A stretch of 64,000 nucleotides of DNA. Origin: Bryobacteraceae bacterium (GTDB lineage Bacteria > Acidobacteriota > Terriglobia > Bryobacterales > Bryobacteraceae). This document shows, in pieces, positions 26,617 through 33,915 of this stretch (positions are counted from its first letter, which is position 1; every line of letters starts with the position of its first letter). The stretch covers positions 3,778 to 67,777 of the forward strand of contig JAHDVK010000029.1 in the NCBI GenBank assembly GCA_023384675.1, written 5' to 3'. The position numbers were made by a program, and so were the translations under genes. The notes below the pieces were generated by a model. The model saw only the letters and a list, made by a program, of their open reading frames with translations, had not been told where the DNA came from and made no database searches.

Positions 26617-26946
26617 ATGCCAGAGATGAAACGCCATTGCTTTGTCTTACAGGTGAGGCCGGACCGGCTCGAAGAATACAAGGAGCGCCACCAGCAGGTG
26701 TGGCCGGACATGCTGGATGCGCTGCGCCAGACCGGCTGGCGCAATTATTCGCTCTTCCTGCGCCGCGACGGCCTGCTGGTGGGCTACGTGGAGTGCGACG
26801 ACTTCGCGGCTTCGCGCGCCGCGATGCTCGAAATGGAGGTGAACACGCGCTGGCAGGCCGAAATGCGCGAGTTCTTCGTGGGCCTGGAAGGCGCGGGGGC
26901 CGACGAACGGATGCGGCCTCTGGAAGAGGTCTTCCATCTGGAATAA
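26617..26946 (+). CDS. rhaM: L-rhamnose mutarotase family protein
   Basis: The start is set at the internal ATG (MPEMKRHCFVLQVRPDRLEEYKERHQQVWPDMLDAL...GWRNYSLF), the canonical RhaM-family sequence pattern. The upstream part of track ORF 26458.. is an Arg/Ser-rich non-coding extension. Confidence 0.75.
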   Translation: MPEMKRHCFVLQVRPDRLEEYKERHQQVWPDMLDALRQTGWRNYSLFLRRDGLLVGYVECDDFAASRAAMLEMEVNTRWQAEMREFFVGLEGAGADERMRPLEEVFHLE

Positions 26947-26956
26947 TGGGAGGTTT

Positions 26957-28285
26957 GTGCCTTCCCAACTCCATTGTCTGAATTCCGCCTGCGGCGCGGT
27001 GTACGCGATCGGCGAGGTGATCTACACCTGTCCGAAGTGCGGCGCATTGCTCGAAGCGGCGGACCGCGATTTGAAGCTCGATCCTGACGCCGCGAAGCGG
27101 ACGTGGCGCGAGCGGCGGATGTCGAACGCGCCGCTCGATCAGAGCGGCGTGTGGCGTTACCGCGAACTGCTCGGCTTTTTCGACGAACGGGAGCACTGCG
27201 TGGTGACGCTGCGCGAGGGCAACACGCCGGTGCTCGATGCGCCAAAGGCCGCCGCGTATGCGGGGCTGGATGCGCTCACCTTCAAGCACCAGGGCTTCAA
27301 TCCGACGGGGTCGTTCAAGGACAACGGGATGACCGCCGGGGCCACGGTGGCGATGCGGCTGGGGATGCGGCGTGTGGCGTGCGTTTCGACCGGCAACACG
27401 TCGGCTTCGATGGCCGCGTACGCGGCGGCGGCGGGCATGACGCCCATCATTTTCCTGCCGCACGGCAACATCAGCCACGGGAAGCTGGCTCAGGCGCTCG
27501 AGTATGGGGCGCTGACGCTGCAGATCGAGGCGAATTTCGATCAAATCCTGGCTCTGGTGCGCGTTTTGGCGGAGAAAACGGGCATTTATCTGCTCAATTC
27601 GGTGAATCCGTTCCGGATCGAAGGCCAGAAGACGATCATGGTGGAGATGCTCGATCAGCGCGACTGGCGCGTGCCGGATTGGGTCGTCGTGCCGGGCGGC
27701 AATCTGGGCAACGTGTCGGCGTTCGGCAAGGGATTGCGCGAGTTGCATGCGCTGGGGTTGATTGACCGGCTGCCGCGGCTGGCGGTGGTGCAGGCGGCCC
27801 GGTCCGCGCCGTTTTACGACTACTTCCACAATGCGGAGCGCGCGGCGTTTGTCAGCGTGGAGCAGCCGGAAACGCTGGCCACCGCGATCCGCATCGGCGA
27901 TCCGGTGTCCTGGCCGAAGGCGATTCACGAAGTGGAGACGTCGGGCGGCGTGGTGGAGAAGGCGACCGAGCAGGAGATCGCCGATGCGAAGGCTGTAGTC
28001 GGACAATGCGGCATCGGTTGCGAACCGGCGTCGGCGGCGACGCTCGCCGGGCTGAAGAAACTGCGCGCGGCGGGGATCGTGGCGGCGGACGCCGACGTGG
28101 TGGCGGTGCTGACGGGCAACGTGCTGAAGGACCCGGATTACATCTTCAAGTACCACACTGGCGCGCTGAAAACGCCATGGGGCGAAGGGATCGCTGCGAA
28201 TTTCGGAAATCAACCGGTGGTGCTGCCGAACGACGCGGAGCGGATTGCGGCGTTTATTGGGGAGCGGACGGGCGCGCGGAATTGA
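26957..28285 (+). CDS. thrC: threonine synthase with N-terminal zinc ribbon
   Basis: GTG start with GGGAGG upstream. The zinc ribbon is CLNSAC...CPKC. The PLP-lysine motif is PTGSFKDNG, with STGNTSASMAAYAA, VPGGNLGN and RIEGQKT also present. 442 aa. Confidence 0.85.
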   Translation: MPSQLHCLNSACGAVYAIGEVIYTCPKCGALLEAADRDLKLDPDAAKRTWRERRMSNAPLDQSGVWRYRELLGFFDEREHCVVTLREGNTPVLDAPKAAAYAGLDALTFKHQGFNPTGSFKDNGMTAGATVAMRLGMRRVACVSTGNTSASMAAYAAAAGMTPIIFLPHGNISHGKLAQALEYGALTLQIEANFDQILALVRVLAEKTGIYLLNSVNPFRIEGQKTIMVEMLDQRDWRVPDWVVVPGGNLGNVSAFGKGLRELHALGLIDRLPRLAVVQAARSAPFYDYFHNAERAAFVSVEQPETLATAIRIGDPVSWPKAIHEVETSGGVVEKATEQEIADAKAVVGQCGIGCEPASAATLAGLKKLRAAGIVAADADVVAVLTGNVLKDPDYIFKYHTGALKTPWGEGIAANFGNQPVVLPNDAERIAAFIGERTGARN

Positions 28286-28381
28286 CCCTGGGTGCGGCGG
28301 CTGGCGGCGGGCGCCGGGGGTCTGTGATTCAGGCGTTGAGGTGGGTGCCGTGTATTGTACTCATTGAAACGGCCCGAGTGG

Positions 28382-28790
28382 GGAAGGAAGGCAACTAACC
28401 ATGCCGACGAACGTGAATGAAGTGATTCAGAAACTGAGGCCCGCGCAGCGCAGGAGGGTCGAGGCGCGCGCGGCGGAGCTGGTGGCCGAGGAAATGACGT
28501 TGCGCGAGTTGCGCAAGGCGCGCAAGCTCACGCAGGTTCGCATGGCGAAGCAGCTTGGCATCACGCAGGACAGCGTTTCGCGGCTGGAGAAGCGCAGCGA
28601 CCTGCTGCTGTCCACACTGCGGAAGACGGTCGAGGCGATGGGCGGGAGTTTGTCGCTGGTGGCCGAATTTCCCGATCGTCCTCCGGTGGTGCTTTCGGGG
28701 ATTGCCGGGGACGATGCGCGGGCGGGGCTGAAGCCCCGCGCAGGCTGAAGCCTGCCCTACTTTCGCGGGTTTCGTTGCGGTTTCAGCCGG
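28382..28790 (+). repeat. direct repeat copy A (last 19 nt of the toxin gene + antitoxin gene + degenerate 3' flank)
   Basis: 28382-28741 reads identically to 29689-30048 (offset 1307), with the first mismatch at 28742/30049. Recognisable but degenerate similarity continues further downstream. Confidence 0.85.
28401..28748 (+). CDS. XRE-family HTH antitoxin (HigA-like), orphan copy
   Basis: The 115-aa product is identical to that of 29708..30055. The HTH is LTQVRMAKQLGITQDSVSRLEK. Only the last few codons of the cognate toxin gene (..KEGN*) survive upstream. Confidence 0.8.
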   Translation: MPTNVNEVIQKLRPAQRRRVEARAAELVAEEMTLRELRKARKLTQVRMAKQLGITQDSVSRLEKRSDLLLSTLRKTVEAMGGSLSLVAEFPDRPPVVLSGIAGDDARAGLKPRAG

Positions 28791-29100
28791 AGGGGCCTGC
28801 CTGGCGCCAGCCCTTGATGATGTTCGCCTTTTTCCTTTCCGTGGTGGCTCCTTCGTGCCGGTTTTTTGCGTATTCGTTTCCGGTCAGCCCCGGAATTCCA
28901 GGAATTTCAGCTGCCGGACACGTCTCTTGCCGCAAATCCACCGGCGAATGATCTGATTTTCCAACACGGCGGCGAGCACCTCCGCGCGCTTCAGGCGCAA
29001 ACGCGCCCTCTCCCGGCCCAAAGAGCCAGTCCAAACCTCGGTTCGCCTCAATCCGCTATTGCGAAGGAGTCCATCAGGCAGACACCTTCGCTCCAATCGC
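28783..29100 (-). pseudogene. degenerate, frameshifted VapC(PIN)-like remnant
   Basis: Two minus-strand frames show collinear similarity to the intact VapC at 30083-30526. ...KRAEVLAAV matches TKAEVLFGT, VRQLKFLEF matches FRSRILPFDE, and NIIKGW matches RLINPW. About 100 nt are missing internally. Judged by eye only. Confidence 0.35.
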
Positions 29101-29305
29101 GTCTACCTCCGCCTGACGGCGGAGGCTCAGAAACTGTTGAAAAAGAAACGCTTATGAGTCCCCGCCGGCAGGTTGGGGTAGGCGCCAGATAGCGCATTGG
29201 AGAACTTTTCCCCCTCCCTAACGGTCGGGGCTGAGTGTGGGCGGGCCATTGAGAATTAATCAGATACGGGTGACTTTTGAGAGTGACGCCCTCGTGAGTA
29301 TGTAT

Positions 29306-29334
29306 TTGACAGCATATGGATTCCAGTGCATACT
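29306..29334 (+). promoter_or_regulatory. sigma70-like promoter candidate for the toxin-antitoxin operon
   Basis: TTGACA (29306-29311), a 17-nt spacer, then CATACT (29329-29334), only 8 nt before the ATG. AGTATG (29298-29303) is the exact inverted repeat of the -10 hexamer. Confidence 0.35.
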
Positions 29335-29342
29335 GGTGAGAG

Positions 29343-29705
29343 ATGAGTTGGGTTGTTGAAATCGGCGACGAATTCGAGCCGGAGTTCGGAGCGTTGCCGG
29401 AGGATGTGCAGATTGAGATTCTGGCGCTCTCGCGGCTCTTGCAGCAATTCGGGCCGCGGCTGGGGCGGCCGCGGGTGGACACACTCGACAGCTCGCGCCA
29501 CGCCAACCTGAAGGAACTGCGATTTAGCGCGGCGGACGGCGAATGGCGGGTGGCCTTCGCGTTCGACCCGAAGCGCAAGGCCGTGCTGCTTGTGGCCGGC
29601 GACAAGTCCGGAGGTAGCGAATTGCGTTTCTACCGGTCTCTGATCCGTAAGGCGGATGAGCGGTTCGACTCGCATCTGGCCCGCTTGAGGAAGGAAGGCA
29701 ACTAA
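29343..29705 (+). CDS. RelE/ParE-superfamily toxin (HigB / Gp49-like addiction-module killer)
   Basis: 120 aa with the pattern ...LKELRFSAADGEWRVAFAFDPKRKAVLLVAGDKSG...FY, typical of Gp49/HigB-type toxins. The toxin-first order followed by an XRE antitoxin 2 nt downstream is the HigBA arrangement. Confidence 0.8.
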   Translation: MSWVVEIGDEFEPEFGALPEDVQIEILALSRLLQQFGPRLGRPRVDTLDSSRHANLKELRFSAADGEWRVAFAFDPKRKAVLLVAGDKSGGSELRFYRSLIRKADERFDSHLARLRKEGN

Positions 29706-30097
29706 CCATGCCGACGAACGTGAATGAAGTGATTCAGAAACTGAGGCCCGCGCAGCGCAGGAGGGTCGAGGCGCGCGCGGCGGAGCTGGTGGCCGAGGAA
29801 ATGACGTTGCGCGAGTTGCGCAAGGCGCGCAAGCTCACGCAGGTTCGCATGGCGAAGCAGCTTGGCATCACGCAGGACAGCGTTTCGCGGCTGGAGAAGC
29901 GCAGCGACCTGCTGCTGTCCACACTGCGGAAGACGGTCGAGGCGATGGGCGGGAGTTTGTCGCTGGTGGCCGAATTTCCCGATCGTCCTCCGGTGGTGCT
30001 TTCGGGGATTGCCGGGGACGATGCGCGGGCGGGGCTGAAGCCCCGCGCGGGCTGAAGGCGCGCCCTGCTTTTATGGGTTTTGTTAGCGCCGTGTGCG
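29689..30097 (+). repeat. direct repeat copy B
   Basis: Partner of 28382-28790; see that entry. Confidence 0.85.
29708..30055 (+). CDS. XRE-family HTH antitoxin (HigA-like), cognate copy
   Basis: Same 115-aa sequence as 28401..28748. It lies immediately downstream of the toxin gene. Confidence 0.85.
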   Translation: MPTNVNEVIQKLRPAQRRRVEARAAELVAEEMTLRELRKARKLTQVRMAKQLGITQDSVSRLEKRSDLLLSTLRKTVEAMGGSLSLVAEFPDRPPVVLSGIAGDDARAGLKPRAG

Positions 30098-30526
30098 GAG
30101 GGGCGGGCGGCGGTCCCAGGGGTTGATGAGGCGGAGGCCGCAATGGGCGAAGTCCGCCGTGTTGCGTGTGGCGAGGGCTGCGCCGTGGACGCGTGCGATG
30201 GCGGCGATCATGGCGTCGAAGGGCGCGATGGGCTGTCCGAGGGACCGTCGGTGGATGAAGATTTCGGCGTAGGCTTGAGCGGCCGATTCGTCGAAAGGCA
30301 GAATTCTGCTTCGGAATACTTCATCGAAGAGCCTGTCAATCCCCTCGCGCAGCTTGCGGCGGCGCCTGCCCGCCGGGAGAAGCTCGGTGCCGAACAGGAC
30401 CTCCGCTTTGGTGATCGAGGTGGTGTAGAGCCGATCACCGGGTTGGGCGCCAACCCATTGGACTACAGCCGGTTCCGGAGAGGGTTTGATCATCTCCGAC
30501 AAGACATTCGTGTCTAGTACGGTCAT
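30083..30526 (-). CDS. vapC: PIN-domain toxin VapC (FitB-like)
   Basis: It has MTVLDTNVLSE (first acidic residue), ...FDESAAQAYAEI..., D.MIAAIA and ATRNTADF, the classic PIN/VapC pattern. It overlaps the upstream antitoxin gene by 4 nt. Confidence 0.85.
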   Translation of the reverse strand: MTVLDTNVLSEMIKPSPEPAVVQWVGAQPGDRLYTTSITKAEVLFGTELLPAGRRRRKLREGIDRLFDEVFRSRILPFDESAAQAYAEIFIHRRSLGQPIAPFDAMIAAIARVHGAALATRNTADFAHCGLRLINPWDRRPPLRTRR

Positions 30527-30771
30527 TCGGAGAAGACCGGCGGTTCGCGGCCCGGACCGCGGGACGGCAATTCAAGTTCCACACCGCCGAGAGGCTCGAA
30601 GATCTCGCGGATGGCGGCGGCGGGATTTCCGGGCGGCGGCTCCTGTCTATCCAAGCCGGACTTCAGGATCACGCGCGCTTCCTCTTCCATGGAGCGGCCG
30701 TGGCGGGCCGCACGGATGCGCAACCTGGCTTTCAGCCGTTCATCGAGTTTGCGGATGGTGAGGGTCGCCAC
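30523..30771 (-). CDS. vapB: ribbon-helix-helix antitoxin VapB (FitA/Arc-type)
   Basis: 82 aa with a GTG start. The N-terminal TLTIRKLDERLKARLRIRAARHGRSMEEEARVIL is a typical RHH antitoxin motif. Confidence 0.75.
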   Translation of the reverse strand: MATLTIRKLDERLKARLRIRAARHGRSMEEEARVILKSGLDRQEPPPGNPAAAIREIFEPLGGVELELPSRGPGREPPVFSE

Positions 30772-30776
30772 ACCTC

Positions 30777-30799
30777 AATGCTAGCATTGCTAGCATTGC
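30777..30799. promoter_or_regulatory. tandem palindromic operator candidate upstream of vapBC
   Basis: AATGCTAGCATTGCTAGCATTGC contains two GCTAGC palindromes 9 bp apart. It sits in the 34-bp gap directly upstream of the vapB start. Confidence 0.35.
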
Positions 30800-30805
30800 T
30801 GGCGC

Positions 30806-31579
30806 TCAGGCCGGCGAAAAGCCGGCGAAATTGGGCCGGGACTCGCACCATGAGCGGAGCGAACCGCCGCCGGGAATGGCTGTGACCGTGGGGCCTTCAA
30901 AGCGGAAGGTGGTGGAGCCGCCGCCGAACTGGGTATTCACGCCGGCCGAAACCGGAACCTGCAGCATGTCGGCTATGGCGCTCAGCATCTGGCGGCCGTT
31001 GGGGCCGCGGCCGGTTTCGCAATGCATGAACTGGACGCAGCCGTAGGGTCCGAAGACGCCGCGAAGGCGGCTGATGATCGGCCGTAGTTGTTCCAGGTTG
31101 TTCATGTTGATGCCGGAGCGGTGCTGAAAGTTGGGATCGAGGGTCCAGTGGCCGGCAGAGATGCCGGCGCCGCCGGAGGCCCCGTGGCCGTGGAAGCGGA
31201 GGAGAAAAACACCGCGGCCGGCGCGGAGGATTTCGGTGACCGCCTGTTCAACGCCGTTCGACATGCCGCCGATGACGATGGGATTCCCGCCGGCGCGGCG
31301 GATATCGCTCTCCTCGAGTTCGGCAAGGCTGGGGTCGAATACATCGATGCAGTCGATGATGGGTAGATTGGCGTTGGCGGAGACGCGTGGCCAGGAATTC
31401 TGGCCGATCACGCCATCGACGGCGAGGCCCCGGGGCCGCTGGAAGTTCTGGACGGCGGCTTTCGTGAGCGGGCCGAAAGCGCCGTCGGCGGTAAGGCTCG
31501 CCCCGGCGCGGTTCAATAGTTTCTGCAGGACCCCGACCACGGGGAGGTTGTCGCCCTGGCGAATGAGTGGATAGCTCAT
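30806..31579 (-). CDS. peptidoglycan-binding (PG_binding_1) domain protein with uncharacterised C-terminal His/Cys domain (DUF4347-like)
   Basis: GAGGGA precedes the ATG. The N-terminus, GDNLPVVGVLQKLLNRAG..LTADGAFGPLTKAAVQNFQRPRGLAVDGVIG, is a PG_binding_1 repeat. The C-terminal domain has LLRFHGHGASGG and VQFMHCETGRG segments. No signal peptide. Confidence 0.65.
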   Translation of the reverse strand: MSYPLIRQGDNLPVVGVLQKLLNRAGASLTADGAFGPLTKAAVQNFQRPRGLAVDGVIGQNSWPRVSANANLPIIDCIDVFDPSLAELEESDIRRAGGNPIVIGGMSNGVEQAVTEILRAGRGVFLLRFHGHGASGGAGISAGHWTLDPNFQHRSGINMNNLEQLRPIISRLRGVFGPYGCVQFMHCETGRGPNGRQMLSAIADMLQVPVSAGVNTQFGGGSTTFRFEGPTVTAIPGGGSLRSWCESRPNFAGFSPA

Positions 31580-31754
31580 GAAATTCCCTCTCTGACTGGC
31601 AGTGGCTAGGGGGGCGCCCTAGCCTTGTTGGCATTGTGGCACGTGGGGGGCCAATCGGGCTCATCCCGGATTGAGAGGGGGTGCGGGCCGGGGAGTGTCC
31701 GCGATGTGGACACTGGGCGTGGACAGCGGAGTCCGGCGCGCGGGAACGAATCGG

Positions 31755-32957
31755 CTAACGGAGGTACGTCACGCGGCGCCAGAGGGATTCCATGGGGCCT
31801 TGGGCGAAGTTTCGGAGCCAGAAGGCGCTGGCGGCCATTTGCAGGGCGAACAGAACCAGAGCGAGCAGCAGGCCCGGCAGGGGGGCGAGTTTGCCGAAGA
31901 ATCCCAGCCCGTAGCCGTAGAAGATCAGAGTGCAGACGATGGTCTGCGTCAGGTAGTTGGTCAGCGCCATGCGGCCCACGGGGGCGAAGCGCCGGAGGGC
32001 GGCGGAGGGGCCGGGCGAGGCGGCCAGGCGGGCGACAGTGCAAAGGTAGAACAGGCTCATGGCGGGGATGGCCGCGCTGAGCAGGGCAAAGTAGGCGAAG
32101 GCGGCGGGCGTGGGCACGGCGGGGTTTGGCTTCAGGATCTGCATGACGGCCTCGGCCGTGAGGCTGAGCGGGAGTCCGATGGCGAGAGACCAGCGCTGGC
32201 AGCGGCGGAGCATGTCCTGATGGTGGCCGGCGTTGCTCAGGATCCCGCGCCGCCAGACCCAGAGGCCGGCGAGAAAGATGCTCAGCAGGCGGGGGCCAAA
32301 GACGAAGACAAAGCCAAGCGCGTGATTGGTTTCCTTGAAGCGGGCGGGCAGGATGTCGAGGTAGCTGCCTGTGGCGTAGGTCTGGATCAGGGCGTTGAGT
32401 TGATCCTGGGTGATCGGAGGCTGGGTGGGGAAATCCGCAACCAGCGTGGCGGCCAGCGTGATGGCGCCGAAAATCAGGAGCGGGAAAAGGTACAGGCCGG
32501 CCGCCCAATAGAGCAGCGTGCGGGGCTGGCGGTTGCGGAACAGCAGCAGGGCGAAGCCGAACAGCGAGTATGTCAGCAAGATGTCGCCCCACCAGAGCAG
32601 GTAGATGTGAATGAGGCCGAGGATCATCAGGAAGCCGAAGCGGCGCAGCAGGAAACCCGGTGGGCGGGTGGCGGCGCGCTCGATCTGGATGGCGAATCCG
32701 ATGCCGAACAGGAACGCGAAGATGGTGATGAACCGGCCGGAGACAAACAGGTCGATGAGGGATTGCGTGGCGCGGCTGATGGGGTCCTGCCACATGAGCG
32801 AGTGGTCGAAGTAAGCCACGAGCGGGCCGCTGAAGCCGCGCATGTTGGCGATGAGGACGCCGAGCAGGGCGAAGCCGCGGAAGATGTCGAGCAGTTCGAT
32901 GCGCTCGGCGGGCGCGACGGGAGCCAGGGGCGAGGGCACGGGTTCGGGAGTGCTCAT
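31755..32957 (-). CDS. DUF418-domain multi-pass membrane protein (YeiB-like)
   Basis: 400 aa. The N-terminal ERIELLDIFRGFALLGVLIANM motif is followed by about 9 hydrophobic segments, typical of DUF418/YeiB. Confidence 0.75.
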   Translation of the reverse strand: MSTPEPVPSPLAPVAPAERIELLDIFRGFALLGVLIANMRGFSGPLVAYFDHSLMWQDPISRATQSLIDLFVSGRFITIFAFLFGIGFAIQIERAATRPPGFLLRRFGFLMILGLIHIYLLWWGDILLTYSLFGFALLLFRNRQPRTLLYWAAGLYLFPLLIFGAITLAATLVADFPTQPPITQDQLNALIQTYATGSYLDILPARFKETNHALGFVFVFGPRLLSIFLAGLWVWRRGILSNAGHHQDMLRRCQRWSLAIGLPLSLTAEAVMQILKPNPAVPTPAAFAYFALLSAAIPAMSLFYLCTVARLAASPGPSAALRRFAPVGRMALTNYLTQTIVCTLIFYGYGLGFFGKLAPLPGLLLALVLFALQMAASAFWLRNFAQGPMESLWRRVTYLR

Positions 32958-32962
32958 GGCGA

Positions 32963-32975
32963 GTATTCAGAATAC
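32963..32975. promoter_or_regulatory. perfect palindrome in a 27-bp divergent intergenic region
   Basis: GTATTC-A-GAATAC sits centred between the divergent starts at 32957 (-) and 32985 (+). Confidence 0.3.
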
Positions 32976-32984
32976 AATGAGCGC

Positions 32985-33905
32985 ATGGCGATCCTGCTGC
33001 TTTCTCTGCTGCTGAGCGCGGATTTTTACTTGTTTACGTCGTTCCGGGGCAACGGGGAGACGGGCCTGTATCTGGCCGTGTCGGGGGATGGGGAAACGTG
33101 GGAGGAGTTGAATGGCGGGCGCGCGTGGCTGCCGCCGCAGCATGCAGGGCAGTTGATGCGCGATCCGTTTCTGGTGAAGGGTCCGGACGGGTTGTATCAC
33201 TTGATCTGGACCTGGGGTTGGCGGCGCGACCAGATGGGCGGCAAGCTGCAGATCGGCTATGCATCCTCGCCGGACCTTGTGAACTGGAGCGAGCAGCGCG
33301 CGATTCCGGTTTTCGAGAATGAACCCACGGCGCGGAATGCCTGGGCGCCGGAGATGGTCTGGGATGAGTCGAAGAAGGAGTGGATCATCTTCTGGGCGAC
33401 GACGATTCCGGGGCGGTTTCCGGACACCGAAGGCACGGGCGATGAGGGTTACAACCACCGCCATTATGCGATGACGACGAAGGATTTTCGCACGTTTTCG
33501 GCGCCGCGGCTGTTTTACGAGCCGGGATTTAATTCGATCGACGCGTCGCTGTTCGAGGCGGGCGGGCGTTGGGTGATGGTGTTTAAGGATGAACGGCGGA
33601 ACCCGGTGAAGAAGGTGCTGAAACTGGCGTTCGCGGACAGCCCGGCGGGACCGTGGGGGGAGCCGGGGGAGGCGATATCGCGCGATTGGGTGGAGGGTCC
33701 GTCGCCGATGAAGATCGGCGATTGGTGGTACATCTACTTCGACAAGTACGCGAAGCCGCAGCATTATGGGGCGATTCGTTCGAAGGATCTGAAGACGTGG
33801 GAGGACGTGACCGACCGGCTGAAGTTCCCGGCCGGGCACCGGCACGGGACGGTGATCCGGATTGACGCAGCGGCGGCGGAGCGGCTGCGGGGGGCAAGGC
33901 GGTAG
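32985..33905 (+). CDS. glycoside hydrolase family 43-like five-bladed beta-propeller protein
   Basis: The start is set at the ATG at 32985 (MAILLLSLLLSA..). The track ORF 31671.. is an antisense read-through extension. Motifs LYLAVSGDGETWEEL, MRDPFLVKGPDGLYHLIWT, AWAPEMVWDE and IDASLFEAGGRWVMVFK fit GH43/GH32-clan propellers. Confidence 0.6.
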   Translation: MAILLLSLLLSADFYLFTSFRGNGETGLYLAVSGDGETWEELNGGRAWLPPQHAGQLMRDPFLVKGPDGLYHLIWTWGWRRDQMGGKLQIGYASSPDLVNWSEQRAIPVFENEPTARNAWAPEMVWDESKKEWIIFWATTIPGRFPDTEGTGDEGYNHRHYAMTTKDFRTFSAPRLFYEPGFNSIDASLFEAGGRWVMVFKDERRNPVKKVLKLAFADSPAGPWGEPGEAISRDWVEGPSPMKIGDWWYIYFDKYAKPQHYGAIRSKDLKTWEDVTDRLKFPAGHRHGTVIRIDAAAAERLRGARR

Positions 33906-33915
33906 CGCGAGCGCA

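Noticed and set aside
29048-29605. A 185-aa minus-strand ORF covering the HigB-like toxin gene and its promoter.
   Set aside because: It is antisense to a well-supported toxin gene. It is Ser/Pro/Arg-rich, and its 3' part runs through the decayed vapCB remnant.
30777-30799. A short tandem repeat (GCTAGCATT x2) considered as a mini CRISPR or other array.
   Set aside because: There are only two units with no spacers. It is better explained as a palindromic operator.
31637-31652. TGGCAC followed at correct GG-N10-GC spacing by GGGC, a sigma-54 promoter look-alike on the plus strand.
   Set aside because: The -12 element (GGGCC) does not resemble TTGCW. The orientation would also drive transcription antisense into the DUF418 gene for 1.3 kb.
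31671-32984. The N-terminal 438 codons of the 744-aa track ORF 31671-33905, and likewise 37032-37643 ahead of the NtrC gene, 23970-24065, 26458-26616, 33862-33915 and 46361-46417.
   Set aside because: These are upstream extensions that run antisense through, or overlap, the neighbouring gene. The biologically sensible starts (signal peptide or domain N-terminus, SD, ATGA coupling) lie at the internal start codons used in the feature list.
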